Shown piece by piece: positions 19,853 through 29,287 of a DNA stretch of 64,000 nt. Position numbers and translations under genes: made by a program. The notes beneath the pieces were generated by a model. That model was not told where the DNA came from. It did not search any database and saw only the letters and a list, made by a program, of their open reading frames with translations. Source of the stretch: an uncultured Eubacteriales bacterium (lineage in GTDB: Bacteria > Bacillota > Clostridia > Oscillospirales > QAKW01); assembly GCA_902492505.1 (NCBI GenBank), contig CABULU010000003.1:3710-67709 (forward strand), read 5' to 3'. Each line of letters opens with the position of its first letter. Positions within the stretch are counted from its first letter, which is position 1.

Positions 19853-20275
19853 ATGGACATTAAAGTGTTTGACGTACTGCCGCAGGACGCTAAAGATATA
19901 CGAATTGCGGTTTTTGTTGACGAGCAGGGATTTCACGACGAATTTGACAGTGACGACAATGCCTCACTGCATCTTGTGGCATACATTGAAAACAAAGCCG
20001 TGGCAACTGCAAGAGTTTTTTTTGACAAGACACAAAATAGATATATTATAGGAAGAATAGCCGTAATAAAGGAACAGAGAAAAAACGGACTGGGTGCTAA
20101 AATCGTGTATGCCGCAGAAAATATCATCAGAGAAAAAGGCGGACGCATGGCATATATACATGCTCAGCAACGCGCTGTCGGCTTTTATCGAAAAATCGGC
20201 TATACTGCTTTTGGCGATACGGAATCTGAACAAGGTTATCCGCATACATGGATGAAAAAAATATTTAAACCGTAA
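19853..20275 (+). CDS. GNAT family N-acetyltransferase
   Basis: Acetyl-CoA motif EQRKNGLGAKI. Start moved to ATG 19853 (MDIKVF), preceded by GGGAGGA. Confidence 0.8.
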   Translation: MDIKVFDVLPQDAKDIRIAVFVDEQGFHDEFDSDDNASLHLVAYIENKAVATARVFFDKTQNRYIIGRIAVIKEQRKNGLGAKIVYAAENIIREKGGRMAYIHAQQRAVGFYRKIGYTAFGDTESEQGYPHTWMKKIFKP

Positions 20276-20296
20276 GAGACGCAGCTCATAAGATAT

Positions 20297-20332
20297 AAAA
20301 ATCCCCGGCTGAAAAAACAGCCGGGGATTTTT
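20297..20332. terminator. bidirectional rho-independent terminator (GNAT gene / mazF)
   Basis: AAAATCCCCGGCTG-AAAAAA-CAGCCGGGGATTTT between convergent genes. Confidence 0.85.
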
Positions 20333-20348
20333 ATCGGAATAAGTAACT

Positions 20349-20684
20349 TTAAAGTCCGAAGCTTACGGAAATTGCTTTGTTAACCATATCCATTGTTTGA
20401 TTATCTATATGTCCCATTTTTTCTCTGAGCCGTGCTTTATCTATCGTGCGCACCTGTTCAAGCAGGATTACCGATTCCTTTGAAAGGCCGTAGCGCTCGT
20501 TAAGTTCTATATGGGTAGGTAGCTTTGATTTATTCACCTGACTCGTAATTGCGGCGGCAATAACCGTCGGGCTGTATCGGTTGCCGACATCGTTCTGAAC
20601 AATCAACACGGGACGCAGTCCGCCCTGTTCGCTGCCCACAACAGGCGACAGATCGGCATAGTAAATATCGCCTCTTTTTATCAT
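20349..20684 (-). CDS. mazF: MazF/EndoA-family mRNA interferase toxin (PemK fold)
   Basis: 111 aa. [49 protein letters not shown]...LPTHIEL...[16 protein letters not shown] is near-colinear with B. subtilis EndoA/NdoA as I recall it. Confidence 0.9.
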   Translation of the reverse strand: MIKRGDIYYADLSPVVGSEQGGLRPVLIVQNDVGNRYSPTVIAAAITSQVNKSKLPTHIELNERYGLSKESVILLEQVRTIDKARLREKMGHIDNQTMDMVNKAISVSFGL

Positions 20685-20831
20685 TTTTAATTTTCACACT
20701 CCGTAAAAAATATTTAAAACATGTTTTACAATAGTTATTATTTCCAACAAACACTTTGTTTAATCACTATCATTCTATATTCAAAATATTTTTTCGGTCA
20801 CAAATTAGCAAATATGCCCTAAAACAAAAAC

Positions 20832-20851
20832 GGACAACCGAAGTTGTCCGC
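20832..20851 (-). terminator. rho-independent terminator after tRNA-Gly
   Basis: Minus strand GCGGACAAC-TTCG-GTTGTCCG followed by TTTTTGTTTT. Confidence 0.8.
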
Positions 20852-20903
20852 TTTTGTTTTAGTGGGATAATAATAACCAGCGTGGCTTCTTAGCCTCGCC
20901 TGT

Positions 20904-20979
20904 TGGAGCGGGTGACGAGGCTCGAACTCGCTACCTCAACCTTGGCAAGGTTGCGCTCTACCAGATGAGCTACACCCGC
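20904..20979 (-). tRNA. tRNA-Gly (anticodon GCC), CCA encoded
   Basis: Reverse complement GCGGGTG TA GCTC ATCTGGT AGAGC G CAACC TTGCCAA GGTTG AGGTA GCGAG TTCGAGC CTCGT CACCCGC T CCA folds as a cloverleaf. 7-bp acceptor stem, GCC in the anticodon loop. Confidence 0.95.
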
Positions 20980-21004
20980 ATGTCCGTTTTGTGAATGCCA
21001 TATA

Positions 21005-21033
21005 ATAATAACAAACGGTAAAACATTTGTCAA
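21005..21033 (-). promoter_or_regulatory. sigma-A-type promoter for tRNA-Gly
   Basis: Minus strand TTGACA (21033..21028), 17 nt, TATTAT (21010..21005), about 25 nt upstream of the mature tRNA 5' end. Confidence 0.6.
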
Positions 21034-21060
21034 TACTTTTTTAAAAGTTTTTTCATAAAA

Positions 21061-21088
21061 ACGCCGGGGATATAATCTTCCCCGGCGA
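21061..21088 (-). terminator. rho-independent terminator after the 545-aa membrane protein gene
   Basis: Minus strand CGCCGGGGAAG-ATTATA-TCCCCGGCG followed by TTTTTAT. Confidence 0.75.
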
Positions 21089-21135
21089 AATAAAAATAAG
21101 CAACAGATAAATAAGCCTTAAACAATTTCTTTTTC

Positions 21136-22773
21136 TCAGGCACGCAGAATTTCAAGAGCAGGTATTACCGACAACTCGCTTTCGTTATAACGTACTGTGA
21201 CGTTGTCACCCACATTATATGTCACAATCTCACTGTTTGAAGAGACGCTTGCAGTAAAATACTTATCAGAGCCCGCAAGCCTGAAATAATAGTAGGAATT
21301 TCCGTCTATAACCGCCGTTCTTATATCCTCTATGACTGCGGTCAGTTCCACAGCCCCGGAGGTATCCTCTGTCGTTATACCCTCACTGCGTATCAGCTTG
21401 ATATAATTTTCCTCACACTCTCGCAGCGTCTGTCCTGTCGCCACAATCTGGTACTGACGTACATTTACCATGGCGTACATCTTTACAAGTCCCGCATTAT
21501 CCTTCAACGCGACAAAATATGTCGGCTCGTTTCCGACATTGAGCAGCAGCGGAAATGTGGATTCGTAACGCAGGTTCTGTACCTCTCCCTCAGCCGAGCG
21601 CATTGCAGAAAATTCGTCAGCGCCCGCTATTTCATAAAACTTTGTTTCTTTTGTCCTCTGATTTGTAAGAACAAAACCGATATTGGACTGGTCGGCGGCA
21701 ACAGAAGTAACGCCCGTATACATATACACATCGTCATCCAGTGCCACATAGTTATAGCCGTCGGTCGTCTTGCGGCAGTCTTTCTGACCGAAAACAGAGT
21801 TCCAATAACCGTGGCGCAATGTGCCGTAATAGTCAAACTGCTCTATTATAAGATCGGCGTTATAAACACGGTCAATCCAGGTGGGTACCTCGCTGACCGG
21901 ATAGTATTGACTGGAACCGTCAATAGCATTGACAAGCACTACTCCGCCGATATCGCGTCCTCCGTATAAGCCGATTCTGTACTCCACTCTTGGACACACC
22001 CAATAGGGAACACCGCTGTCATCCACCTCAAAGGTCGGCTCCTCAAAAATATATGTCGGATAACTAAACCGCAGATGCCTGTATAGGTTGCGCTGAAAAT
22101 GCTCGGCTGTCGAATATTTCATATTGTCGCACCCGATATCCGAAAAGCGAACAAGCGACACATCCTGACTTACCATGTTAATCATTATATATCCGGGGAT
22201 ACCGTCCTTAACATTGTTAAACCACTTAAACACATCGACATATTCCAGAGGAGTAACGCGCACGGGCGTGCCGTTGTAGTTTATCTGAGTGTAGTAATAC
22301 TCCATGACGGAAAACTGGCTCACCATGTCGGACAGCTCTCCGAGCTTTTTATCACCAAGACGAATGGCGCTGGCGCTGTCCAGCGTGGGGATCTGATTAT
22401 AGGATATAGCGTCGACATCCTCCTGAAAATCGCCTGTTTCAACCGTCAAAAGCTCCCTGTATCTGCCCGCATTAAAAATTACAGCGCCTGTAAGCGAGCC
22501 GATAATATATATTGCCGCGGCGCATGCAGCAACTATAACCGGAATCCTGAGCATTTTCAGCATCGGCTTTACCTCATGAGGCATAATAACTCCGCTGCCA
22601 CGCTTTGACGCTATCAAAAATACGACATAATATATCGACACCAGCACTACAATATCCAAAAGCAGAGTCGGATTATGGATAGAAATAGCCGGAAGCGTGA
22701 AATAAAAACCTACTGCGGCTACAACAAGTGTGACTGCCGCCGCTATCAAATGGCTTTTTGCTTTACTTTTCAT
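21136..22773 (-). CDS. conserved-looking membrane-anchored protein of unknown function
   Basis: 545 aa. Three N-terminal hydrophobic helices, then a domain of about 430 aa rich in aromatic residues. No family recognised. Confidence 0.5.
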   Translation of the reverse strand: MKSKAKSHLIAAAVTLVVAAVGFYFTLPAISIHNPTLLLDIVVLVSIYYVVFLIASKRGSGVIMPHEVKPMLKMLRIPVIVAACAAAIYIIGSLTGAVIFNAGRYRELLTVETGDFQEDVDAISYNQIPTLDSASAIRLGDKKLGELSDMVSQFSVMEYYYTQINYNGTPVRVTPLEYVDVFKWFNNVKDGIPGYIMINMVSQDVSLVRFSDIGCDNMKYSTAEHFQRNLYRHLRFSYPTYIFEEPTFEVDDSGVPYWVCPRVEYRIGLYGGRDIGGVVLVNAIDGSSQYYPVSEVPTWIDRVYNADLIIEQFDYYGTLRHGYWNSVFGQKDCRKTTDGYNYVALDDDVYMYTGVTSVAADQSNIGFVLTNQRTKETKFYEIAGADEFSAMRSAEGEVQNLRYESTFPLLLNVGNEPTYFVALKDNAGLVKMYAMVNVRQYQIVATGQTLRECEENYIKLIRSEGITTEDTSGAVELTAVIEDIRTAVIDGNSYYYFRLAGSDKYFTASVSSNSEIVTYNVGDNVTVRYNESELSVIPALEILRA

Positions 22774-22784
22774 ATTTTACTCCT

Positions 22785-23954
22785 TTAATCTATTTTCACG
22801 GCGGTCATACTTTTGACCGCATTTTCAACAAGTGAGGGAATATCAAGCTTTTTCTCCTCTTCAAGTATCTCGGACAGCACGGGTCTTGTTTTGGGATGAC
22901 GCGGAGTAAACACCGTGCAGCAGTCCTCATACGGCAAAATCGACGTTTCAAACGTATCGATTTTACGCGACACAGCCACTATTTCATCCTTATCCATACC
23001 AATAAGAGGGCGAAGAACTATATGCCGCGAAAGCTCATCGGTAACACTCAAAGCGCCCAGCGTCTGGCTTGCGACCTGACCGAGACTCTCTCCGGTAATC
23101 AGCGCGCCCGCGCCTGACATATCCGCCGCAGCGTCAGCCAGCCGTATCATAAACCTGCGCATTATTACGGTAAACAAATCCTCTCGGCAGTTTTTCTTAA
23201 TCTGCTCCTGAATTTCGGTAAAGTGGACAAGGTATAATTCCATATCGGGACAATAACAGGATAGCTGTAAGGCAAGGTTTAAAACCTTCTGCTTTGCAAG
23301 CTCACCTGTATACGGCGGGCTGAAAAAGTGAACGGCGGACAGCGAAAGCCCACGCTTTGCCATCATATAGCCCGCAACGGGACTGTCAATACCGCCGGAC
23401 AATAAAAGACACGCTTTTCCACTGCTGCCATAGGGCATGCCGCCCGCGCCCGGTATATTTTCACAGTGAACATACGCTGCAAGATCACGCACCTCAACTG
23501 TCACCACTACGTCGGGATTATGCACGTCTACTGAAATTCCGTCTGTATTTTCAAGAAGATACGCGCCCACCTCGGCGCAAATCTGCGGTGAATTGAAAGC
23601 AAACCGCTTGTCGGAGCGCTTTGATTCAACCTTAAAGGTACGTTTTGTTTTCAGTGCGTCTTTTGAATATTCAAGTGCGGTTTTCCTTATATCAGCCATG
23701 TCCTTTTGGCAGACGGCGGCACGGCAAAGCGCCGCAATTCCAAACACGCGGCGCACATGCGAAAGCGCAGAGGCTATATCGTCTATACCGCCCGCTTTAT
23801 CAATATATATTGTCGACTGCATAATTGAAACATCAAACTCGCCGAGCGGCCGCAAAGCACGCTTAATATTCTTGATAAGAGTTTTTTCAAAGCTGATTCT
23901 GTTAAGTCCCTTCAGCACAAGTTCTCCGCATTTTGCCAGAATTATTTCTTTCAT
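22785..23954 (-). CDS. thiI: tRNA 4-thiouridine(8) synthase ThiI
   Basis: 389 aa. THUMP-like N-terminus, PP-loop SGGIDSPVA. Confidence 0.9.
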   Translation of the reverse strand: MKEIILAKCGELVLKGLNRISFEKTLIKNIKRALRPLGEFDVSIMQSTIYIDKAGGIDDIASALSHVRRVFGIAALCRAAVCQKDMADIRKTALEYSKDALKTKRTFKVESKRSDKRFAFNSPQICAEVGAYLLENTDGISVDVHNPDVVVTVEVRDLAAYVHCENIPGAGGMPYGSSGKACLLLSGGIDSPVAGYMMAKRGLSLSAVHFFSPPYTGELAKQKVLNLALQLSCYCPDMELYLVHFTEIQEQIKKNCREDLFTVIMRRFMIRLADAAADMSGAGALITGESLGQVASQTLGALSVTDELSRHIVLRPLIGMDKDEIVAVSRKIDTFETSILPYEDCCTVFTPRHPKTRPVLSEILEEEKKLDIPSLVENAVKSMTAVKID

Positions 23955-24013
23955 ATTATATCCTTTGTTGTTATTATGTATGCTATTGTATCACACGCAT
24001 GATACAATGTCAA

Positions 24014-25129
24014 CTATTTATAGCAACGAATAAGATTCTGCGGTATTTGTGTGCACACCTTGAAAAACTCGTCAATTTCAGCAATGGTATTTTCAAAATC
24101 AAAGCTTATGCGCAGCGAGCAGTCGGCAGTGCGCTTATCGGCGCCCAATGCTTCGAGCGCACGCGATTTTTTCTTTGAATGAGAAGAACAGGCAGAGCCC
24201 TGCGAGGTATATATACCAAACTCTTCAAGATAATGAAGTACGTTTTCGCCGAGATAGCCGTCAAACGTAATATTGATAATATGAGGCGAGTGCTCTCCAA
24301 AGGTATTGACCCGAATAAAATCAAACTCACGGGCACGCATGACAAAATGTCCGTAAAGATTTTTCAGATGCTGCGCATCCTTATTCCCCAGCTCGTGCAA
24401 AGCTGCGGCAAAGCCGGCACATGCAGGAGAATTGTAAGTTCCTGGCACAAGAGAATTTTCCTGCTCGCCGCCGTAGGTCAGCGGACTTACTCGCACACCG
24501 CGCCGTACATAAAGCGCGCCGACTCCTTTGGGTCCGTTGATTTTATGGGCGGAAACTGTCAGCATATCACAGCCAAGACCGCATACATCAACGGGAAGCT
24601 TACCCAAAGCCTGCACTGCATCGATATGCAAAAGTGCGGGTGCGCCGCTGCTCTCAATCAGACCCGCAAGCTTTTCTACCGGCAGAATAAGACCCGTTTC
24701 GTTATTTACATACATACAGGATACAAGTATTGTCTTGTCATTGATATTTTTTTCAAAATCACCGTTTAACGGATTGCAGAGCACCACCTCAAAGCCCGCG
24801 TTTTCATACGTCTTTACGCACGCCGAAACGCTTGGATGTTCAACAGAGGATATGACTATACGGTTGCCACGGCGCTTTTGCATTTCCACCGCGGTTTTTA
24901 CAGCAAGATTGTTGCCGAACGTGCCTCCGGGCGTCAAGAGTATTTCAGATGCGTTGCAGCCGAGCTGTAAAGCAAGAGCCGCACGGCAGCCGTCAATGTC
25001 GCCCTTTGCAGACACACCCTCCCGGTGAAGCGATGAGGCGTTTGCATACCGCCGTTCCATCGCTTCGGTAACGGCGGCAATACATGCGCGGCTCGGTTTG
25101 GTAGTGGCGCTGTTGTCAAAATATATCAT
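24014..25129 (-). CDS. cysteine desulfurase (NifS/IscS-like class V aminotransferase)
   Basis: 371 aa. PLP-Lys context SAHKINGPKG, active-site loop GSACSS. Upstream of thiI, as nifZ-thiI is in Bacillus. Confidence 0.9.
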   Translation of the reverse strand: MIYFDNSATTKPSRACIAAVTEAMERRYANASSLHREGVSAKGDIDGCRAALALQLGCNASEILLTPGGTFGNNLAVKTAVEMQKRRGNRIVISSVEHPSVSACVKTYENAGFEVVLCNPLNGDFEKNINDKTILVSCMYVNNETGLILPVEKLAGLIESSGAPALLHIDAVQALGKLPVDVCGLGCDMLTVSAHKINGPKGVGALYVRRGVRVSPLTYGGEQENSLVPGTYNSPACAGFAAALHELGNKDAQHLKNLYGHFVMRAREFDFIRVNTFGEHSPHIINITFDGYLGENVLHYLEEFGIYTSQGSACSSHSKKKSRALEALGADKRTADCSLRISFDFENTIAEIDEFFKVCTQIPQNLIRCYK

Positions 25130-25253
25130 TTTATATCACCTTGAATTTTAGTTTGAAAATAGTAGCTTTTTATGACATAATAAGTGTCATGGAATAAATA
25201 ATATATTATTGTATTATATAGCATTATTCCCAAATATTCAAGGAGGAAATGAA

Positions 25254-25904
25254 ATGGCAAAGGCGGCTGTATTCGGGGTTGTGGAAAACGGTATTTCAAA
25301 TATCAACAAAAGATATTTTGAACATATTCATCAAAGCGGGATTGACACCTTTGTTCCGTATCCCGACAACACAGACAAAACGGCAAGTGACTGCGACTGT
25401 CTTGTCGTCTGCGGCGGAGGTGACATGGATCCTGCATTTTACGGACAAAAGCCGTGGAGAGATAATTTGAAATTCAACGCAGAGCTTGACAAGTACGAAC
25501 TGGAGTTGATTAACGCATTTATAATGCGAAAAAAACCCGTTTTAGGAATCTGCAAGGGCATGCAAAGCATAAATATCGCGCTTGGCGGCACGCTTATTCA
25601 GGATATTCCGTCTATGCTGAATCTGTATCATTCCAACTGCGGTCCGACCGAGTGTATGCACGAGATAAAAATATCTCCGAGCTCAAAACTAAAAGAGGCG
25701 TTGGGACTGCGTGCGGTGGTTAATTCGTATCATCATCAATGCGTACATCTAACAGGCGGCGGACTTACAGTTGCCGCCGCATCGCACGATGGGGTTATAG
25801 AAGCCATCGAGGGCATTGAGCTGCCTGTACTGGGCACGCAATGGCACCCTGAACGAATGGCAGGAAACGCGGTGTTTGACCACTTTTTCAGCACATACCT
25901 GTAA
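25254..25904 (+). CDS. class I glutamine amidotransferase, peptidase C26 / PuuD-like gamma-glutamyl hydrolase
   Basis: Nucleophile elbow GICKGMQ, His in QWHPE. Start moved to ATG 25254 (MAKAAVFG), preceded by AGGAGG. Confidence 0.75.
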   Translation: MAKAAVFGVVENGISNINKRYFEHIHQSGIDTFVPYPDNTDKTASDCDCLVVCGGGDMDPAFYGQKPWRDNLKFNAELDKYELELINAFIMRKKPVLGICKGMQSINIALGGTLIQDIPSMLNLYHSNCGPTECMHEIKISPSSKLKEALGLRAVVNSYHHQCVHLTGGGLTVAAASHDGVIEAIEGIELPVLGTQWHPERMAGNAVFDHFFSTYL

Positions 25905-25923
25905 AATTTTCAACATAAGTAAA

Positions 25924-25948
25924 ACCCGGCTTGCGAGGCAAGCCGGGT
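25924..25948. terminator. bidirectional terminator (GATase gene / spoIIP)
   Basis: ACCCGGCTTGC-GAG-GCAAGCCGGGT flanked by an A-run and T-rich sequence, between convergent genes. Confidence 0.8.
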
Positions 25949-25951
25949 ATC

Positions 25952-27025
25952 TTATTCTATCGTATTAATTACGGAACGTGCAGTATATATTGCGGCATTT
26001 TTTGCTTCCTCCAGCGTATTTGCCGCGCTTCCCACCTCCATGAGTACCGTATAGTCCGTGACATGCGTATTAAACCTGTCTCCGCGAAGATTTACGGGCC
26101 GTGACAGCGCGCCGTAGTTCTTTCCCATAGTGCGTGAAATATCAAGTGCAAACTTAAAATTTTCGCGCCAGTTCGGATGCTTTAATCCCTTGGCATCGGT
26201 ACCGCAAACAAGCATAACCTGCGCTGTGTTTTTATCGTCGACTTGTGTCAGCGGTCTGTATGTATCGCCGCTTTGCGTTGTAATCGCATCGCGGTGAACG
26301 TCAAAGCAAAGCTTTATAGACGGATATTTTTCAAGCGCTTCCTCCACTCCCTTTATAGAGCGTGAATATGCTCCGCTGAACTGTTCCTTATCGTACACCT
26401 CTGTCAGGTGTATCGTTTTATAACCGAGTCTTTCAAATTCTTCCTTCATGGCGTTGCCCACATCCACTACACTCCCGCCGCCGTAATACTCTTCGGACGT
26501 GTGCGTATGATAGATAAGAATATACGGCTCCTCCTTATTGAGTTTCGGCGGAGTATAGTCGGCATACAAAAGCCCCGTCACATCATAATTTGTATTGTTT
26601 ATAACAGAGGTACCGCCGTAATCTTTATATTTTCCCGACAGCGCGGAAAGATTTACAACAACAGCGTCGGGATTATCCGTAACGGCGGGCGGCTCTCCGG
26701 TCTGAGTATTGCCGTTTGCAAGCTGAGACGCCTGCGGCTGCTGCTCCCCGTCCTCACTGTCCGTAAACGCATTGCTGGCATACATGATAAAATCTTCGGT
26801 ACCTACCGCTGACACTCCGCCCTCCGATTTACCTGTGATTCCGTATTCAAGACTGAGTAAATCGGTTTCAAATTCACCGAAGGTATAATCATAAGCACTG
26901 TTTGCAATCTGTCGGCCGAAAAGCTTAAGCACCCCAACTGACACAACAGCGCACAATGCAATACATAAAACGGATTTTACGGTTGCCTTTATCTGTCTGA
27001 GCTTTACTCTGTTCAATACTCTCAC
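25952..27025 (-). CDS. spoIIP: stage II sporulation protein P
   Basis: 357 aa. N-terminal TM anchor. YILIYHTHTSEEY and FDVHRDA motifs of the SpoIIP amidase family. Downstream of gpr, as in Bacillus. Confidence 0.85.
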   Translation of the reverse strand: MRVLNRVKLRQIKATVKSVLCIALCAVVSVGVLKLFGRQIANSAYDYTFGEFETDLLSLEYGITGKSEGGVSAVGTEDFIMYASNAFTDSEDGEQQPQASQLANGNTQTGEPPAVTDNPDAVVVNLSALSGKYKDYGGTSVINNTNYDVTGLLYADYTPPKLNKEEPYILIYHTHTSEEYYGGGSVVDVGNAMKEEFERLGYKTIHLTEVYDKEQFSGAYSRSIKGVEEALEKYPSIKLCFDVHRDAITTQSGDTYRPLTQVDDKNTAQVMLVCGTDAKGLKHPNWRENFKFALDISRTMGKNYGALSRPVNLRGDRFNTHVTDYTVLMEVGSAANTLEEAKNAAIYTARSVINTIE

Positions 27026-27083
27026 ATCCTTTATGAAAGCATATGCTGTACATATTCAATTTAACACTGTTTTTAATACAGGC

Positions 27084-27971
27084 TCAATATAAAAATCTAA
27101 GAATATCCTCTGTCGTCATATCACGGTGAAGCGCCTTGTTTACGGCAAAAGCGATGAGTTTTGCCGCTGTATCGGTAGCACTGTCAATGCGCGTGGGCAT
27201 AGCTATCATGGAATCCCCGAACTGTCCAAGCAGCTCACGAGCCTTTTCCTCGGTACAGCCCGCATTTGACAAAATAGTAGCGACATCCATAACAGTCGGC
27301 ATACCGACCGACAATACGGGGATGCCAAGATTATCGGGCGATATTTTTCCGCGTGCGTTATCGACGCCTCCGCCCGGGGTCAGAGAGGTATCGGAAAGCT
27401 GTATCGTTTTACACAGACGCTTAACCGACGTTGAGGCAAGCGCATCGATAACTATAATGAGCGACGGCTTGAGCATTTTGGCGATACCGCCGATAAGCTC
27501 GGCACTTTCAATCCCTGTCACGCCGAAAACATTGGAACATATAGCACTGACGCTTGCATAGGTTCCGTCATTGATAAGCTCCGGCATGACCTTTTCAAAT
27601 CCACGGGTCACAATAATTCTGTCCACACATTTCGGACCAAGACTATCCGCTGTTATCGCGCGGTTGCCGATGCCGGCAATTAATATCCTGCCTGCCGACT
27701 TTGGCATAAGCGAACGCATTATATCGGCAAGCACCGTAACAATTGATTCAAAATCATTGTCGGTAATCCGATATACCCTGTCCGTTTCAACCGTAACATA
27801 TGTTCCCTTTTCCCTCTCAAAAAGCTTCGCATCATCATCGCTTTCAATTTTTACGGTAGTGACGGTGCATGCGCCGTGCCTTACGGTAGCCGCACGTGCG
27901 GCATGTGTCACACCGGCGGCGCTTGCCGCCTCCATTGTTTCAACAATAAGACCCGTTCTCGCTTTTTTCAT
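27084..27971 (-). CDS. gpr: germination (spore) protease GPR
   Basis: 295 aa. IAGIGNRAITADSLGP and IIVIDALAS...LTPGGGV match GPR signatures. Confidence 0.85.
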   Translation of the reverse strand: MKKARTGLIVETMEAASAAGVTHAARAATVRHGACTVTTVKIESDDDAKLFEREKGTYVTVETDRVYRITDNDFESIVTVLADIMRSLMPKSAGRILIAGIGNRAITADSLGPKCVDRIIVTRGFEKVMPELINDGTYASVSAICSNVFGVTGIESAELIGGIAKMLKPSLIIVIDALASTSVKRLCKTIQLSDTSLTPGGGVDNARGKISPDNLGIPVLSVGMPTVMDVATILSNAGCTEEKARELLGQFGDSMIAMPTRIDSATDTAAKLIAFAVNKALHRDMTTEDILRFLY

Positions 27972-28126
27972 TCAGTCACCATTTCCTTTAAAATTTAATG
28001 TAAAAATAAACACATATCAAATAAAAAATCACTTGCTTTTATCATTATTTACAAATTATTGCATTTTAATTGAAATAAAAAATTTTTTTGATTATAATAT
28101 CACCAAAATATTTTTAGGAGGAAAAT

Positions 28127-29212
28127 ATGGAAAAGAAGAATTTTTCGGTAAGTTTGAAAAAAGTTCTTGAACACATATTTATCGACGGTCTTTCCGGCAT
28201 GGCGATAGGCCTTTTTTCAACTCTTATCATCGGCACAATCACCGAACAGATAGGCGTGCTGCTCGGCGGGTACATAGGCAATATGATTGTACTTGTATCA
28301 AAGGTCGCAAAGGCGATGATGGGAATAGGCATAGGCGTCGGAGTTGCAAGCAAATTCAAATGCTCGCCCCTACTCACCGTTTCAGCGGGCGTCTGCGGTA
28401 TGATAGGCGGGTTTGCCTCTAAAATAATTGACGGAACCGTTCTTGACGGAACGGTTTTAACGCTTGCCGGAGTCGGTGAACCGCTCGGTGCGTTTATAGC
28501 GGCGCTTGTCGGTATAGAAGTAGGCAGGCTTGTTGCTGGTAAGACCAAAATGGACATCATACTCACCCCTCTTGTCACCATTATCAGCGGCTCGGTTGTC
28601 GGTCTTCTTATGGGACCGCCGATTTCACAGTTTATGAACTTTATCGGCTCAATGATTAATTTTAACGTCGATAAATATCCGATTATCGGCGGCATAATAG
28701 TCTCCATGCTGATGGGTATTGCACTGACATTGCCCATCTCATCGGCCGCCATCGGCGTTTCGCTCGGACTGACCGGTCTTGCGGCGGGCGCGGCAACGGT
28801 AGGATGCTGCGCACAAATGATAGGCTTTGCGGTCGCAAGCTACCGCGAAAACAAGCTCGGCGGACTTATCGCGCAGGGTATCGGTACATCAATGATACAG
28901 ATGCCTAATATTGTACGGAATATCAAAATATGGATTCCCGCAACGCTTGCGTCAGTAATTCTCGGACCGATTTCTTCGGCAATTCTCAAAATGACAAGCA
29001 ACGCTGTGGGCTCCGGCATGGGCACATCGGGACTTGTCGGTCCGATTTCCGCATTTCAGGTAATGACAGGAGCCGGAACCTCACCCGTTATCGTACTTAT
29101 CGAAATTATTGTAATGTACTTTCTGGCGCCCGCCGCACTTTCACTGCTGTTTTCCGAAATTCTTCGTAAAATCGGCTGGATTAAAAACGGCGACATGAAG
29201 TTAGATGTATAA
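28127..29212 (+). CDS. polytopic membrane protein, PTS EIIC_2-like (stand-alone IIC-type permease)
   Basis: 361 aa, Gly/Ile-rich with about 10 TM segments. The N-terminus resembles proteins I have seen annotated as PTS transporter subunit IIC (PTS_EIIC_2). No IIA/IIB/HPr nearby. AGGAGG RBS. Confidence 0.5.
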   Translation: MEKKNFSVSLKKVLEHIFIDGLSGMAIGLFSTLIIGTITEQIGVLLGGYIGNMIVLVSKVAKAMMGIGIGVGVASKFKCSPLLTVSAGVCGMIGGFASKIIDGTVLDGTVLTLAGVGEPLGAFIAALVGIEVGRLVAGKTKMDIILTPLVTIISGSVVGLLMGPPISQFMNFIGSMINFNVDKYPIIGGIIVSMLMGIALTLPISSAAIGVSLGLTGLAAGAATVGCCAQMIGFAVASYRENKLGGLIAQGIGTSMIQMPNIVRNIKIWIPATLASVILGPISSAILKMTSNAVGSGMGTSGLVGPISAFQVMTGAGTSPVIVLIEIIVMYFLAPAALSLLFSEILRKIGWIKNGDMKLDV

Positions 29213-29287
29213 AATTTTTGTAAATAGGCTTTTAATTTCGATAGAATTGTGTTATACTGATAACAGAAATGAGCGGAGGGACTTTGA

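Noticed and set aside
20530-20754. 74-aa minus-strand ORF as a possible MazE-like antitoxin
   Set aside because: It overlaps two thirds of mazF in another frame. The translation is Cys/Arg-rich with no RHH, AbrB or SpoVT-like pattern. It would start at a GTG without an RBS.
25175-25195. Short palindrome ATGACA-N7-TGTCAT in the nifS/GATase divergent region as a regulator site
   Set aside because: It has only 6 bp arms in AT-rich DNA, and I cannot match it to any known motif. This is insufficient to call.
27571-28170. 199-aa plus-strand ORF overlapping gpr
   Set aside because: It is antisense to gpr, which has family signatures. The translation is low in complexity (Ser/Thr/Ile/Ala).
28114-28752. 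212-aa minus-strand ORF opposite the EIIC-like gene
   Set aside because: The translation is a Pro/Ile/Thr/Ser-rich mirror of a Gly/Ile-rich membrane protein. It has no RBS or promoter context and would run into the gpr-EIIC divergent promoter region. The plus-strand gene has AGGAGG plus ATG and a coherent TM pattern.
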